Shown: positions 10,083 through 20,013 of the stretch, piece by piece | Layout: every line of letters begins with the position of its first letter | How positions within the stretch are numbered: the first letter of the stretch is position 1 | From: Verrucomicrobiales bacterium | Lineage (GTDB): Bacteria > Verrucomicrobiota > Verrucomicrobiia > Verrucomicrobiales > V1-33 | Assembly: GCA_031411295.1 (NCBI GenBank) | Contig: JANOAV010000057.1 | Coordinates: 4,379 to 68,378, forward strand | DNA length: 64,000 nt | Direction of reading: 5' to 3' | Program-made: the position numbers and the translations under genes | The notes under the pieces: model-generated | Databases searched by the model: none | What the model was told of the DNA's origin: nothing | What the model saw: the letters and a program-made list of their open reading frames with translations, nothing else

Positions 10083-11786
10083 CTAGCGCATGACCAACAC
10101 GGTGTAGCGCCAGGTGAGTTTTTGCTCAGCCCCGGCGGCCAACTTCACGTTCCAAGTAAGTTCTTGTTGCGGATTGACGCTGGTGGACCCCTCGGAGCGG
10201 AGGGATTTCTTTGGTTCACCTTCAGCCTCGACCAGGGTGCCGGAAAATTGGCCACGCACAATCGTGGTGACCTCCTGGCTGCGGAAGTTTTGCAGCTTCA
10301 GGGATCCCTTCACCTTCGTGCGTTGATACTCGTGACCACCAATCCACACGACTTCACGACCACCTTCCTCCTCCACTTCGTTCGCCTCCGTGCGGACGCT
10401 CAGCGCCTTGGTGATGCGCAGGCACGTTTGCTGCCCGGGATTGGTCCACGTGCTCATGCTTTGACCCCTAAATTTTCCGCCCTCCACCACTAACGCTGAT
10501 CCTGTCGTCATGGGGAACTTGAACGGATTGTTGAAGCGCACCGCATCCCAGGCTTGATCCTGCTCGTCCTGCGCTTCCTGACGTCCGCCGCTCCGGCTCT
10601 TGAAGCGGCCGTATTCGTCGCGTTGATCCGGCACCACCCATTCCACCACACGTTCATAGCTGGCTTGATGACGCGCGATCTCCAGTGACAACGAATCACC
10701 CGTGGCGAGTTGTCGTTTACCGATACTTTCATAGTGAATATCCCCACTCGCATTGCCCTGCTCCGGCACCTCGGGCATGGCGCTGCTATCCGCACTGCGA
10801 GCAAAATTATTATACATCACCTGCTGGCTCATGCCGTTGCCGAGGCTCCCGGAGGCATTGCGGGGCGATTGATTCAACTGCTGGAAAAACCCGCTGAGCG
10901 AAGCCCCAGGCCACAGCGGAGAATCCACATGGGCAAATTGAATGTTGGGGAATCCCGAGATCAATTGCACATCCGTGTCCTTCAGATCCATGAGTTCATT
11001 GCGCACCAAGCCATTTTGTCTGACCGTTAGTTTTTCTGGATCTGTCAGGTCCACCTGATAGCTCGGGACCCAGGCCAAGCCTTTCGTGAGGTAGGAAATG
11101 CGCACCACCCCATCATTGCTGGGCACCTTGCTAACATCGAAGATCAGCACGGGACGCTCCTCGGTTTTAACCCTCGGTTTAAAGGGACCACTGGCGGTGA
11201 TGGTGGCAATGCTGCTGCTGTCCACATACTGCCGCCCTCCTTCCGTTTCCAACACCAGGAAACCACCGGTGGTAGGAGCCGGCAGCGCTGGCTGATTCGG
11301 GTTGGCTCCAGCACGGGATCCATACCAACTGCTGGCGAAAGGATCCACCGAGCTGTATTCTGTGTCCCACGCAGCTTTCTGGGTGCGTTGCGGCAACTTC
11401 CACACCGTGCCTGTGATGGTCTGGGGAGCTGCATTCAGCTGCGGTTTGAGGGTCACCGTAATTTTCTGGCCCGCCAAATCCGTCTGCGCCACGCCCGTGG
11501 GGAATTCCGCTTCCTCCACCTGCTCCACCTTGCGACTCGTCGATTGAGTGGCCAACTCACCATCGCTCTCCACCCAGAACGTGCCATGCACCACGCGCGG
11601 CACTTTCTCCCAACGATAGAGCCCCGGTCCTTTCACTGGAAAGGTGACTTTCACCACCGCCAGGCCGTTCTTGAACAACCCGACGGACTCCACCTGCGGC
11701 GTTACCAGCGTTTCCTCCGCCTGAGACCAAGCCAACAAGCAGAACGACAGGATCAGGGCACGATTTGCAAAATGTAAGGTATTCAT
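10083..11786 (-). CDS. Hypothetical secreted protein (tentatively DUF4139-like)
   Basis: ATG at 11786 with signal peptide 'MNTLHFANRALILSFCLLAWSQA'. Beta-rich throughout. The family assignment is only a weak recollection. Confidence 0.55.
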   Translation of the reverse strand: MNTLHFANRALILSFCLLAWSQAEETLVTPQVESVGLFKNGLAVVKVTFPVKGPGLYRWEKVPRVVHGTFWVESDGELATQSTSRKVEQVEEAEFPTGVAQTDLAGQKITVTLKPQLNAAPQTITGTVWKLPQRTQKAAWDTEYSSVDPFASSWYGSRAGANPNQPALPAPTTGGFLVLETEGGRQYVDSSSIATITASGPFKPRVKTEERPVLIFDVSKVPSNDGVVRISYLTKGLAWVPSYQVDLTDPEKLTVRQNGLVRNELMDLKDTDVQLISGFPNIQFAHVDSPLWPGASLSGFFQQLNQSPRNASGSLGNGMSQQVMYNNFARSADSSAMPEVPEQGNASGDIHYESIGKRQLATGDSLSLEIARHQASYERVVEWVVPDQRDEYGRFKSRSGGRQEAQDEQDQAWDAVRFNNPFKFPMTTGSALVVEGGKFRGQSMSTWTNPGQQTCLRITKALSVRTEANEVEEEGGREVVWIGGHEYQRTKVKGSLKLQNFRSQEVTTIVRGQFSGTLVEAEGEPKKSLRSEGSTSVNPQQELTWNVKLAAGAEQKLTWRYTVLVMR

Positions 11787-11970
11787 GGAGGCAAGATATC
11801 CGCCCACGCCCGCACGGACAAACTAAGAACTGTAAGAAATTTGTAACTCCGCAACTTCAGAATTACCCCAAGCCCCTAAAGTTCTGTGCTCCAACCCCAT
11901 CCGATTAATATTGCCAAGCGGTAACGATTATTTGTATAACCTACCATCCTCAAATTCCTCCTGCTCCCCT

Positions 11971-14900
11971 ATGAAATTCCTCCCAGCCTCAATGGTGGTC
12001 GTCCTCATGGCCACGCTCCCGCTCTCCGCCCAAGTCACCATCAATGAAATCAATGCGGCTCCCAACGAGCGAGCGTTGCGCTGGGATGCCACGGGGCAGC
12101 CTCGGCTGGGCACCGGGCCAGCATGGTTAGATGTGGCGTATGATGCGACGAACTGGCTCACGGGGACGGCTCCGTTAGGGTTTAATGCGGGGAATACTGG
12201 CCTGGGCACGAATTTGAAGTCGGTGTTGGAGGGAAATACTGCGTCTTTGTATGTCCGGAAAACTTTCAATGTCTCGGCGGTTAATGCGGCTTCGACGGAG
12301 AACCTGCGGCTGAAGGTGGACTATAATGATGGCTTCGTGGCGTTTCTGAATGGCAAGGAAATCGCCCGGGCGCGCTTGGGGGCGACCAAGATGTTCATCT
12401 TTGCGGACCAGCCAGCGTTCTCCACCCGTCCTGCCGCGCCTGCTGGAGCGCAGGATTTCAATCTGGGGTCGGCGGCAAATTTCCTGGTGCCGGGGGATAA
12501 TGTGTTGGCCATTCAGGTGGCCAATGCAGCCTGGGATGGGAAGGGCGATCTGAAGATCGATGCTGGATTGGAATTGAATAACGGCATCCTAACTACCACA
12601 GAGTTCACCGAGAATTTCAACAACGCCAATGGAGCATCGCGCACGCACACGAACACCGCAGGGAGCATCACGGATACCATCACCGGCACTCCGCCACCGG
12701 GTTGGTTGACCAATGCAGCCAATCCGACGAGTGATCCGGCGTGGGCTTCCCTAACCGTTAAGCAAACCTTAGCGACCACGGGAGGGACGGCCAATGGAGG
12801 AAATTTACAGATCAATCTAACGGGCACCGGAGCACTGCAACCCGCACGGGTCGAAGGTCCGCCCATCAGCCTGGCCTCACAGTGGACCGCAGGAGCGGTC
12901 ACGGAAGCAGATTTGGAGAACACCGTGATGACCTTCAAATACAAGGCTCCGCTCGGTTTCTCCGCCAATGTGGTGATGTCGCCCGTGGGCGGAGCGGCTA
13001 GCGCTGTGTTGCCGCTCGGTGCGCTGACGGGAACCACGGTTACGCCGCCTGCGGTGGTGGCGGGATATTGGCGATTCGAGGAGCATACGGTGGGAGGTAA
13101 TCCGGTGGTGGGCACTGCTGGCAGCGTCATTCTCAACGCTCCCAGTTTGGCGAATCCCAGCATTGCCTTGGCGAATTCTGTGACGGCCAACGCGCCTAAA
13201 TATTCCACCGACGTCCCGGGAGCGCGCATTCTGGATCCGCTCACCGGGGCGGTGTATGCCAACTCCTTCAGCTTCGATGCCACGACCTCGCTAGCGCGCT
13301 TCGCTGCTCCGAATAACGCGATTTACGACACTCCAAGTTTCACGGTGGAATGTTGGATCAAGTTAAGCGGAGAGCCCACCGGCTTTGATGCGTTCGCTCG
13401 TCGAATCTTTGATGGCGCGGGAGCGGATTCTGCCACATTGTCGGATCGCCAAGCTTGGCAGTTTGATTTCAACCATGATGCTGCGGCCGCCAACTTCGGG
13501 AGAGTTCGCAGTCGCTGGGATACGATCGGAAACACCACGGCGGTTCCACCGGTGCCGCTGGATAACAATCGCACCACGGCAGGAAATTATATTTTCGTGG
13601 ACACCCCCAGCGGAGATGGGAATCCAGCCAACTACGGTGCCGGAGCGGATGTCTATACCCTGGGCAACCAAGCCAATGACACGGCCAGTGACGTGTGGCA
13701 CCACATCGCGCTCACCTACGATGGATCCAGCAAGCGCGTCACTTTTTACACCGACTATGTTGCGGGCGGCACGTTTGTATTGAACACCGCTGCCTGGGTT
13801 CATCCAGCCGCCAGTTTGGAGTTTGGGAAATTCAGCAGCACCAACATGCCAGCGCCTGCCAGCGCTCCCTGGGCGTTGAAGCTGGATGAATTTCGTTACA
13901 CCGGCCGGGTGCTCTCCACCGCAGAAATGTTGAAGGTGGCCGCACCGGATGCAGCGGGCTACTCCACCTTCAGCACGAAACTGAGTGCCGCTGCACCCGC
14001 CGCCCGCACGGCCTTCCTCACAGCGCTCAATGGAGCCTCCAGCCAATCCATCAGGCCGGCTCTGGACTTGGTAGCCTCCTCGTATGCGGCCAGTCCCGGC
14101 AAGGACCTTAGCCTGGAGGACTTCAGCATCACTTACAATCGGCAAACCCCCATCACTCCATTTGTGTCCCTTGGTTCCACCTTCAGCTACAAGCCAGGCG
14201 CAGGCGAGCCCTCCAATGGCATCTGGGAGCCTAACTTACCCAAGATTCCCAACAACCCATCCGAAGCGGGCAAGCCGGCGGCGTTCCCTGATTTACCGGG
14301 CTTTGCGGATTGGATTGAGCTGCGAAATTCTGGTGCCACCGAGGTGAATCTCATCGGTTGGTATCTCACGGATGACGCTGCCAACCCCACGAAATGGGCG
14401 TTTCCTACAGGCACGACCATTCCTGCTGGTGGCTATAAAATTGTCTTCTGTGATGAAAATAGCGCCCTCACGGGACAGGTGTATTTGCATACCAATTTCA
14501 AGCTCAGCGAAGGCGGGGAAAAGGTCCGGCTCTTCCAAGGGTCTACGCTGGTGGACCTCATCGACTATCCACGCGTCGATGCCTGGCATAGCTACGGACG
14601 CTCCGCGGTGGACGGCACGTTAGGTTATTTTGATGTGGCCACTCCGGCCGCCAGCAATGGCCCAATTAATACGACGGAACGTTGTAAAACGCCCGATCTC
14701 TTTGCGGCGGACGGCATCACGCCCGTGGTTGGCGGCTTCTTTACGGGAACGCAAACGTTGGTCATCACCACGCCCACCGTGGGCGCTACGATTCGCTACA
14801 CGACTGATGGCAGCGAACCTACGGAAACGAGCACCGCTTACACGGCAGCACTGAGCGTTACTGCCGCAGCGAACGACAAGACGGGTCGGGTGATCCGAGC

Positions 14901-17601
14901 CCGGAGCTTTAAGGCAGGCGCAGTTTCCTCCGGCACCAAGAGCGCCACGTTTCTGGTGGATCAAAACGTTGCGCTCAAGGGGGTGCCTGCTTTGTGTTTC
15001 ACGGGCGATGGTGCGCGGAACTTTTACAAGGACTACGGCATCCTGGCCATCAACGGCGGAGTCTATGATACCGCCGGCGTCTGGACGGAACCAAATGCCA
15101 TCACGGACTACAGCATGGGGATCATGCACGGACGGGCGTTTGAACGTCCGGTCTATTTGGAATGGTTGCGCACGGATGGTCAGCCAGGATTTGGTGAAGA
15201 AGCGGGAGTGCGGCTTGCGAGCAGTCCGTTCTCCCGTCCTCGTTTGAAGCTCACCGGCACGGCCAATTCTCCATGGTCCGCCGATGCGACGCAGAAGGCC
15301 AGCTTCAATATTTTCTTCCGAGAAGACTACGACAAATCCACCCTGGAATATCCGTTTCTGGGCCAGGAATATCCCGTGAAGGACTTCGATCAACTGCGGC
15401 CGCGGGCCGGCAAGAACGATATTTCCAATCCGTTCATTAAAGACGAACTGGTCCGCCGAATGTTCAATGACATGGGGCATAAAACGGTCAAAGGACAAAT
15501 CAACACGCTCTATGTCAATGGAGCTTACAAAGGCTTCTTCAATACCGTGGAGCGCTATCGCGAGCCGTTCTTCCAAGCCCATTTTGATTCCAATAATCCG
15601 TGGGACATCCGCATTATCGATACCGTGGAGGAAGGGGACAACTTGGAATGGAATAACCTGATCACGGCCGTCGGCAAAGACTTAACAGTGAAAGCCAACT
15701 ATGATGACGCGATGAATAAGTTGGTGCTGGATGAAGTCATCGACTACTACCTGCTGAACATTTACTGCGCGATGTGGGACTGGCCGAACAACAACTGGGT
15801 GGCCAGTCGGGAACGCATCGCTGATGGGCGCTGGCGCTTGCATGTGTGGGACGCGGAAGGGAGCTTCGGGCACGGTGGGGTCAAGCCACCTAATTATGAT
15901 ACCATCCTAACCGACCTGCGCGCCACGACCGGTGGGTTCAGCACCGCAGGCACGAATATCCTCTTCCGCGGACTTTATGCCAGTCCTGAGGTCAAACTGC
16001 GCTTTGCGGACCGCATCAACAAATGGTTCTTCAATAACAACGTGCTGGATGATCGCAATCCAACTGCCTGTCCGATTCAATTTCGGAAGGATGAAATGAA
16101 GTCCACCTTCGCTCCCTTACTACTCTACACTCACGGCACGACGTATAGCGACAGCTTCTGGACGAACTGGACCACTGCCACCACAGCTAATCCAAATGCA
16201 GGCACTTGGACCACGGCCATGAGCAATCGGCGTTCCCACTTGTTCAACCAAAGCCCCACGCCCGCCTCGAACATTAGCTTCCGCACCCACGGTCTCTGGC
16301 CGGCCACTGAGCCAGTTACCTACAGTCAGCATGGCGGCGTGATTCCGCCCGGTTACAGCCTCACCATTTCCACGAACGCCACGGTGCCCGTGGGCAGCAC
16401 CGTTTACTACACCACAGATGGCACGGATCCCCGCACCTGGGGCGGAACGCCAGCCGTCGGTGCCCAGAGTAGTGTGACCACGGCCTCACCTGGTAGCGTC
16501 GGTCTGACCGTGCCGGGCACGCTCTTTACCACCGTGAGTAGTCGCGTCAAAAATATCACCACGGGGGAATGGAGCGCGCTCACGGAAGCCACCTTCCAGT
16601 TTGCATCCGTGCCAGCCACTGCTTCCAATTTGGTAGTTAGCCAGATCATGTATCATCCGCCGGATGCCACCCCAGCGGAAATCACCGCAGGCTTCACAGA
16701 TGCGGATTCCTTTGAGTATCTTGAACTCATGGCCATCGGCTCCACACCGGTAAGCTTGGACGGCGTGAAGGTCATCGGTGGGGTTAGTTTCGATTTCGGA
16801 AACACCACGGCCTTCTCACCGGTCCGCGCCCTGTTGCCAGGGAGCACCGTGCTCCTCGTCAATAACAAGATTGCCTTCCGCCAACGCTACGGCCCCAGCC
16901 TGGATAGTAAAATTGGCGGTCAGTATCTGGGCAGCCTCAGCAACTCTGGAGAACAACTCTGGATCACCGGTCCCGACGGTGCCGATGTGGATACCGTGGC
17001 GGACGACATCAAAAAGTTCAGCTACTTCGACGGCAACACCGAAGGCTGGCCAGACGTGGCCGATGGCCACGGCTCGGCCCTGCAGTTGCTCAATCCCACC
17101 ACCAACCCCGACCACGCCTTGCCCGTCAGTTGGAATCCCACCCTGCAATGGGGCGGCAGTCCCGCCAGCTTCGTCCGGCCCGTGACCTTCGCGATCTGGC
17201 TGGACGCTCATTTCAGCGCAGCCTCCCTAGCCGATCCCCTGATCACCGGCCCGAACGCGGATCCGGATCAAGATGGCTTGAGCAACCTCGTGGAATTTCT
17301 CATCGGCTCCATCCCCGATAACCCCAGCTCCGGCAATCCTAACGCCCTGCCAAACTACTTAGTGGCTCCCGGCCCAGACGCCCTGAATCATCTCACCGCA
17401 ACCTTTACCGTCAGCACCCAAGCCCTCCAAGCTGTGACCGCCGTCTGCCAAGCCGGAAGCGATCTGGCAGGCTGGACCCCACTCACCGCCCTGACTCCGA
17501 CCGTGAACGCGAACGGCACCACCACCCTGAATTTCCGTGATGACATCGAATGGAAATCAGCCCAACGGAGATTCGTCCGGTTCTACCTAACGACTCCATA
17601 A
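11971..17601 (+). CDS. Giant secreted multidomain protein: LamG/concanavalin-like, two lamin-tail (LTD) domains and a CotH kinase-like domain, plus a C-terminal DxDxDG tail
   Basis: Signal peptide 'MKFLPASMVVVLMATLPLSAQ'. LamG-like 'DVWHHIALTYDGSSKRVTFYTDY'. LTD 'WIELRNSGATEVNLIGWYLTDD' and 'FEYLELMAIGSTPVSLDGVKV'. CotH-like 'IKDELVRRMFNDMGHKTVKGQINTLYVNGAYKGFFNTVERY' and 'YYLLNIYCAMWDWPNNNW'. Confidence 0.85.
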   Translation: MKFLPASMVVVLMATLPLSAQVTINEINAAPNERALRWDATGQPRLGTGPAWLDVAYDATNWLTGTAPLGFNAGNTGLGTNLKSVLEGNTASLYVRKTFNVSAVNAASTENLRLKVDYNDGFVAFLNGKEIARARLGATKMFIFADQPAFSTRPAAPAGAQDFNLGSAANFLVPGDNVLAIQVANAAWDGKGDLKIDAGLELNNGILTTTEFTENFNNANGASRTHTNTAGSITDTITGTPPPGWLTNAANPTSDPAWASLTVKQTLATTGGTANGGNLQINLTGTGALQPARVEGPPISLASQWTAGAVTEADLENTVMTFKYKAPLGFSANVVMSPVGGAASAVLPLGALTGTTVTPPAVVAGYWRFEEHTVGGNPVVGTAGSVILNAPSLANPSIALANSVTANAPKYSTDVPGARILDPLTGAVYANSFSFDATTSLARFAAPNNAIYDTPSFTVECWIKLSGEPTGFDAFARRIFDGAGADSATLSDRQAWQFDFNHDAAAANFGRVRSRWDTIGNTTAVPPVPLDNNRTTAGNYIFVDTPSGDGNPANYGAGADVYTLGNQANDTASDVWHHIALTYDGSSKRVTFYTDYVAGGTFVLNTAAWVHPAASLEFGKFSSTNMPAPASAPWALKLDEFRYTGRVLSTAEMLKVAAPDAAGYSTFSTKLSAAAPAARTAFLTALNGASSQSIRPALDLVASSYAASPGKDLSLEDFSITYNRQTPITPFVSLGSTFSYKPGAGEPSNGIWEPNLPKIPNNPSEAGKPAAFPDLPGFADWIELRNSGATEVNLIGWYLTDDAANPTKWAFPTGTTIPAGGYKIVFCDENSALTGQVYLHTNFKLSEGGEKVRLFQGSTLVDLIDYPRVDAWHSYGRSAVDGTLGYFDVATPAASNGPINTTERCKTPDLFAADGITPVVGGFFTGTQTLVITTPTVGATIRYTTDGSEPTETSTAYTAALSVTAAANDKTGRVIRARSFKAGAVSSGTKSATFLVDQNVALKGVPALCFTGDGARNFYKDYGILAINGGVYDTAGVWTEPNAITDYSMGIMHGRAFERPVYLEWLRTDGQPGFGEEAGVRLASSPFSRPRLKLTGTANSPWSADATQKASFNIFFREDYDKSTLEYPFLGQEYPVKDFDQLRPRAGKNDISNPFIKDELVRRMFNDMGHKTVKGQINTLYVNGAYKGFFNTVERYREPFFQAHFDSNNPWDIRIIDTVEEGDNLEWNNLITAVGKDLTVKANYDDAMNKLVLDEVIDYYLLNIYCAMWDWPNNNWVASRERIADGRWRLHVWDAEGSFGHGGVKPPNYDTILTDLRATTGGFSTAGTNILFRGLYASPEVKLRFADRINKWFFNNNVLDDRNPTACPIQFRKDEMKSTFAPLLLYTHGTTYSDSFWTNWTTATTANPNAGTWTTAMSNRRSHLFNQSPTPASNISFRTHGLWPATEPVTYSQHGGVIPPGYSLTISTNATVPVGSTVYYTTDGTDPRTWGGTPAVGAQSSVTTASPGSVGLTVPGTLFTTVSSRVKNITTGEWSALTEATFQFASVPATASNLVVSQIMYHPPDATPAEITAGFTDADSFEYLELMAIGSTPVSLDGVKVIGGVSFDFGNTTAFSPVRALLPGSTVLLVNNKIAFRQRYGPSLDSKIGGQYLGSLSNSGEQLWITGPDGADVDTVADDIKKFSYFDGNTEGWPDVADGHGSALQLLNPTTNPDHALPVSWNPTLQWGGSPASFVRPVTFAIWLDAHFSAASLADPLITGPNADPDQDGLSNLVEFLIGSIPDNPSSGNPNALPNYLVAPGPDALNHLTATFTVSTQALQAVTAVCQAGSDLAGWTPLTALTPTVNANGTTTLNFRDDIEWKSAQRRFVRFYLTTP

Positions 17602-17708
17602 ATCAGAACGCCTCTCGGCTGGATCCTGAGGTTTGCTCCGGAGCCAGCGCGATCTGATCTGTAGTGCGTGCTTGCCATCCTATGGAGTCTGGCTATGGCT
17701 TGTAGCTC

Positions 17709-18152
17709 ATGAAACTTACCCCTGAACAAGAAGCGGCCGTCCGCACCTGGGTTGCTGATAAGGCAACTCTCAATGACCTCCAAAATCGTCTGCGCGACGA
17801 ACTGGGGCTGAGGCTGACATTTATGGAGGTGCGTTTTTTGGTGTTGGATTTGAACCTTGAACTCTACACCCCGCCGCCAGAGGTGGAGGAGCCCGAGCCA
17901 GAGGAACCGGAGTTGGTGGACGGTCCCCCCATGGATGGAGTGTATCTGTCAGTGGATGAAATTATGCTGCCAGGCACAATGGCCAGCGGCAAGGTGACCT
18001 TTAGCGATGGGGTCACGGCCTCATGGTATGTCGATCAGTCCGGTCGTCTGGCGGTGCAGGCACCTGAGGTGGGTTACCAGCCGCCAACCGCTGATGTCCC
18101 CAGCTTCCAGTCGCAACTTCAGGGGGTCCTGCGTCAATTGGGAATGTATTAG
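17709..18152 (+). CDS. Hypothetical protein
   Basis: 147-aa ORF lying 13 nt upstream of the next gene. Acidic Pro/Glu linker 'PPPEVEEPEPEEPE'. No recognisable domain. Confidence 0.5.
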   Translation: MKLTPEQEAAVRTWVADKATLNDLQNRLRDELGLRLTFMEVRFLVLDLNLELYTPPPEVEEPEPEEPELVDGPPMDGVYLSVDEIMLPGTMASGKVTFSDGVTASWYVDQSGRLAVQAPEVGYQPPTADVPSFQSQLQGVLRQLGMY

Positions 18153-18165
18153 GGAGGTGCCCCCA

Positions 18166-18744
18166 ATGAATCCCAGCGAAGCAAAGGCATTTCTGAGGGA
18201 GCGGCAGTTGGCCACCCTGCGGGAAATTCCGTGGCCGCAGCGGGCGGAGTGGTCACAGCAGATCCGAGAGCGACTGCTGGCCAGCAGCGCTTGGTTGGCC
18301 GCGGGCACGGTGATGATCTACGCGCCCATGCCGAATGAACCAGATTTACTGCCGCTGCTCGAGGCTGGCAAACGGATGATTTTTCCGAAGGTGACGCCTG
18401 AAGGTCTGAAGCTGCATGAGGTCAGAGACGTGGCCCAGTTAATCAGCACTTCGCGCTGGCTGCGTGAGCCGAACGTGGCGATCTGCCCGCCGGTGGGGTT
18501 GGCGGAAGTGGAGTTGATCGTGCTGCCAGGACTGTCGTTTGCGCGGCACAGTGGGGTTCGGCTGGGGCGTGGTGGTGGGTATTACGATCGCCTGCTAGGC
18601 CAGCCCAATTTCCGCGCGCGTGCTGTGGGGGTGTGCTTTGGCTGTCAGGTGGCCGAGACGTTACCTCGAGAAACGCATGATTTGGCGGTGGGGGAGATTT
18701 TGACCGAAGCGGAAACGATTCGCGTGTCCGCGTTCCAAGCCTGA
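18166..18744 (+). CDS. 5-formyltetrahydrofolate cyclo-ligase
   Basis: ATG at 18166 preceded by AGGGAGG. Motifs 'IYAPMPNEPD', 'FPKV' and 'GRGGGYYDR', typical of the family. Confidence 0.85.
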   Translation: MNPSEAKAFLRERQLATLREIPWPQRAEWSQQIRERLLASSAWLAAGTVMIYAPMPNEPDLLPLLEAGKRMIFPKVTPEGLKLHEVRDVAQLISTSRWLREPNVAICPPVGLAEVELIVLPGLSFARHSGVRLGRGGGYYDRLLGQPNFRARAVGVCFGCQVAETLPRETHDLAVGEILTEAETIRVSAFQA

Positions 18745-18765
18745 GCCGTCAACTTACGGTCTCGC

Positions 18766-19218
18766 TTAATTCAGGAAAGCAAAGAGCTGCGCATCGTTGA
18801 GCTGCGTGGGGTCCTCTACGGTAATCAAGGCGTGCATGTCCTGCACGGCGGTGAGTTCCTGTTCCAGCGAACCTTCGTCGTTTGCGACCAACCTTGGCGT
18901 GGGTGAGACCGCGGATGGTGGTTGGTCCGAGGCGACGGTGGTAGTGTTCGGCGTGCTTTGGAAATGGAGATAGAGCCCAACCACAACGGCGGCAGCGGCG
19001 GCCAAGCTGCCCCAGAGTCTGCCCGTGTGCCGGGCGGCAGGGAACGCCACGACTTTAGGAGCACTGAGGATCGGGGCATTCTCTTGCGGGGTGAGGCGCA
19101 CTTCCGCCAAGACCTGAGCCACGAAATTCTGAGGGATGCGGGGCTGAGGGCGGCGGGCCAGCAAGTTCCACACGGGATCGTGGGATTCTGGCGGTTCTGG
19201 AAGGGGTTCTAGTTTCAT
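18766..19218 (-). CDS. Hypothetical single-pass membrane protein (last gene of the MglA operon)
   Basis: ATG at 19218, one TM 'LWGSLAAAAAVVVGLYL'. It follows the MglB-like gene on the same strand. Confidence 0.5.
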   Translation of the reverse strand: MKLEPLPEPPESHDPVWNLLARRPQPRIPQNFVAQVLAEVRLTPQENAPILSAPKVVAFPAARHTGRLWGSLAAAAAVVVGLYLHFQSTPNTTTVASDQPPSAVSPTPRLVANDEGSLEQELTAVQDMHALITVEDPTQLNDAQLFAFLN

Positions 19219-19276
19219 GGCTTCTATTAAGCTGAAACTCCATGGTCCGGAATTGGTTGCAGGAAAAGTGAAAATT

Positions 19277-20002
19277 TCACTTCGGGAGTTCGTATCCGTG
19301 GCTTCCATTGGAGCCAGCCGACTGCAGCGGTGGCAATGGTAAGAACGGGCTGAAAACCACGGCTTCTGAACCGAGTTCAGGTTCCGTGGACGCTGCTGCC
19401 AGGACCGGAACCGAGACCTCCATGGGCGTTGGCGCGGGCGGAGTCGGGGTGTTTTCCTGGAAGAAAGACGCCATGGACGGAGCCGATGCTGCTAGCGCTG
19501 GTGGAGGAACTTCCTCTGGCCTGCCGCTGAGCACTAAGTCCCCATCCTGCGGCACTTGGACGGGATAGTTGGTGGTTCCGAGCGTGGAATCGTCCAGCAA
19601 ATCGCGCAACTGTGGACCGTAGCGGGCCACGGCACTGCGCACAATCCCCAACTTGGTCTCGTTGCCAAAAACCGTGATGAGGGTGGTCACGGGGGACAGG
19701 GGCACGATGGAAAAATGTTTGGTGCGGCCCTGGTGGTAAAGGCCCTCGCAGCAATCATCTCCCAGGCGACTAGCCAGTTCCCGCACCGCGATGAAGGCTC
19801 CATTGGCGAGGGCTCCGATGATGGGCGATTGATCCTTGGGTAAGGTCCCGCTTTCCATCAGCACCGTGCCGCTTTCTTCCAGCAAGCCGGCGTATTCTGC
19901 CTCGGCACAGGTGCGGTAGTCCGCGAGGGACTGACGCAAGCTACGGGAACTGGAAGCGGTGAGCACCACAGGGTTAAAAAAGTTAGTGAAACGGAGAGCC
20001 AT
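19277..20002 (-). CDS. Roadblock/LC7-domain protein, MglB-like, with a Pro-rich C-terminal extension
   Basis: 'GLLEESGTVLMESG...IIGALANGAFIAVRELASRLG...HFSIVPL...LITVFG' resembles Roadblock/LC7. It lies immediately downstream of mglA. Confidence 0.65.
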   Translation of the reverse strand: MALRFTNFFNPVVLTASSSRSLRQSLADYRTCAEAEYAGLLEESGTVLMESGTLPKDQSPIIGALANGAFIAVRELASRLGDDCCEGLYHQGRTKHFSIVPLSPVTTLITVFGNETKLGIVRSAVARYGPQLRDLLDDSTLGTTNYPVQVPQDGDLVLSGRPEEVPPPALAASAPSMASFFQENTPTPPAPTPMEVSVPVLAAASTEPELGSEAVVFSPFLPLPPLQSAGSNGSHGYELPK

Positions 20003-20013
20003 CGGCAGTGGCT

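Noticed and set aside
17602-18165. 6S RNA (ssrS) upstream of the 5-formyl-THF cyclo-ligase gene, as in the E. coli ssrS-ygfA arrangement
   Set aside because: The only non-coding space (17602-17708) is too short. I see no long interrupted hairpin, and the 147-aa ORF has plausible coding character.
19270-19300. T-loop-like 'GGGAGTTCGTATCC' suggesting a tRNA
   Set aside because: No acceptor or anticodon stems can be drawn, and it lies at the junction of two coding regions.
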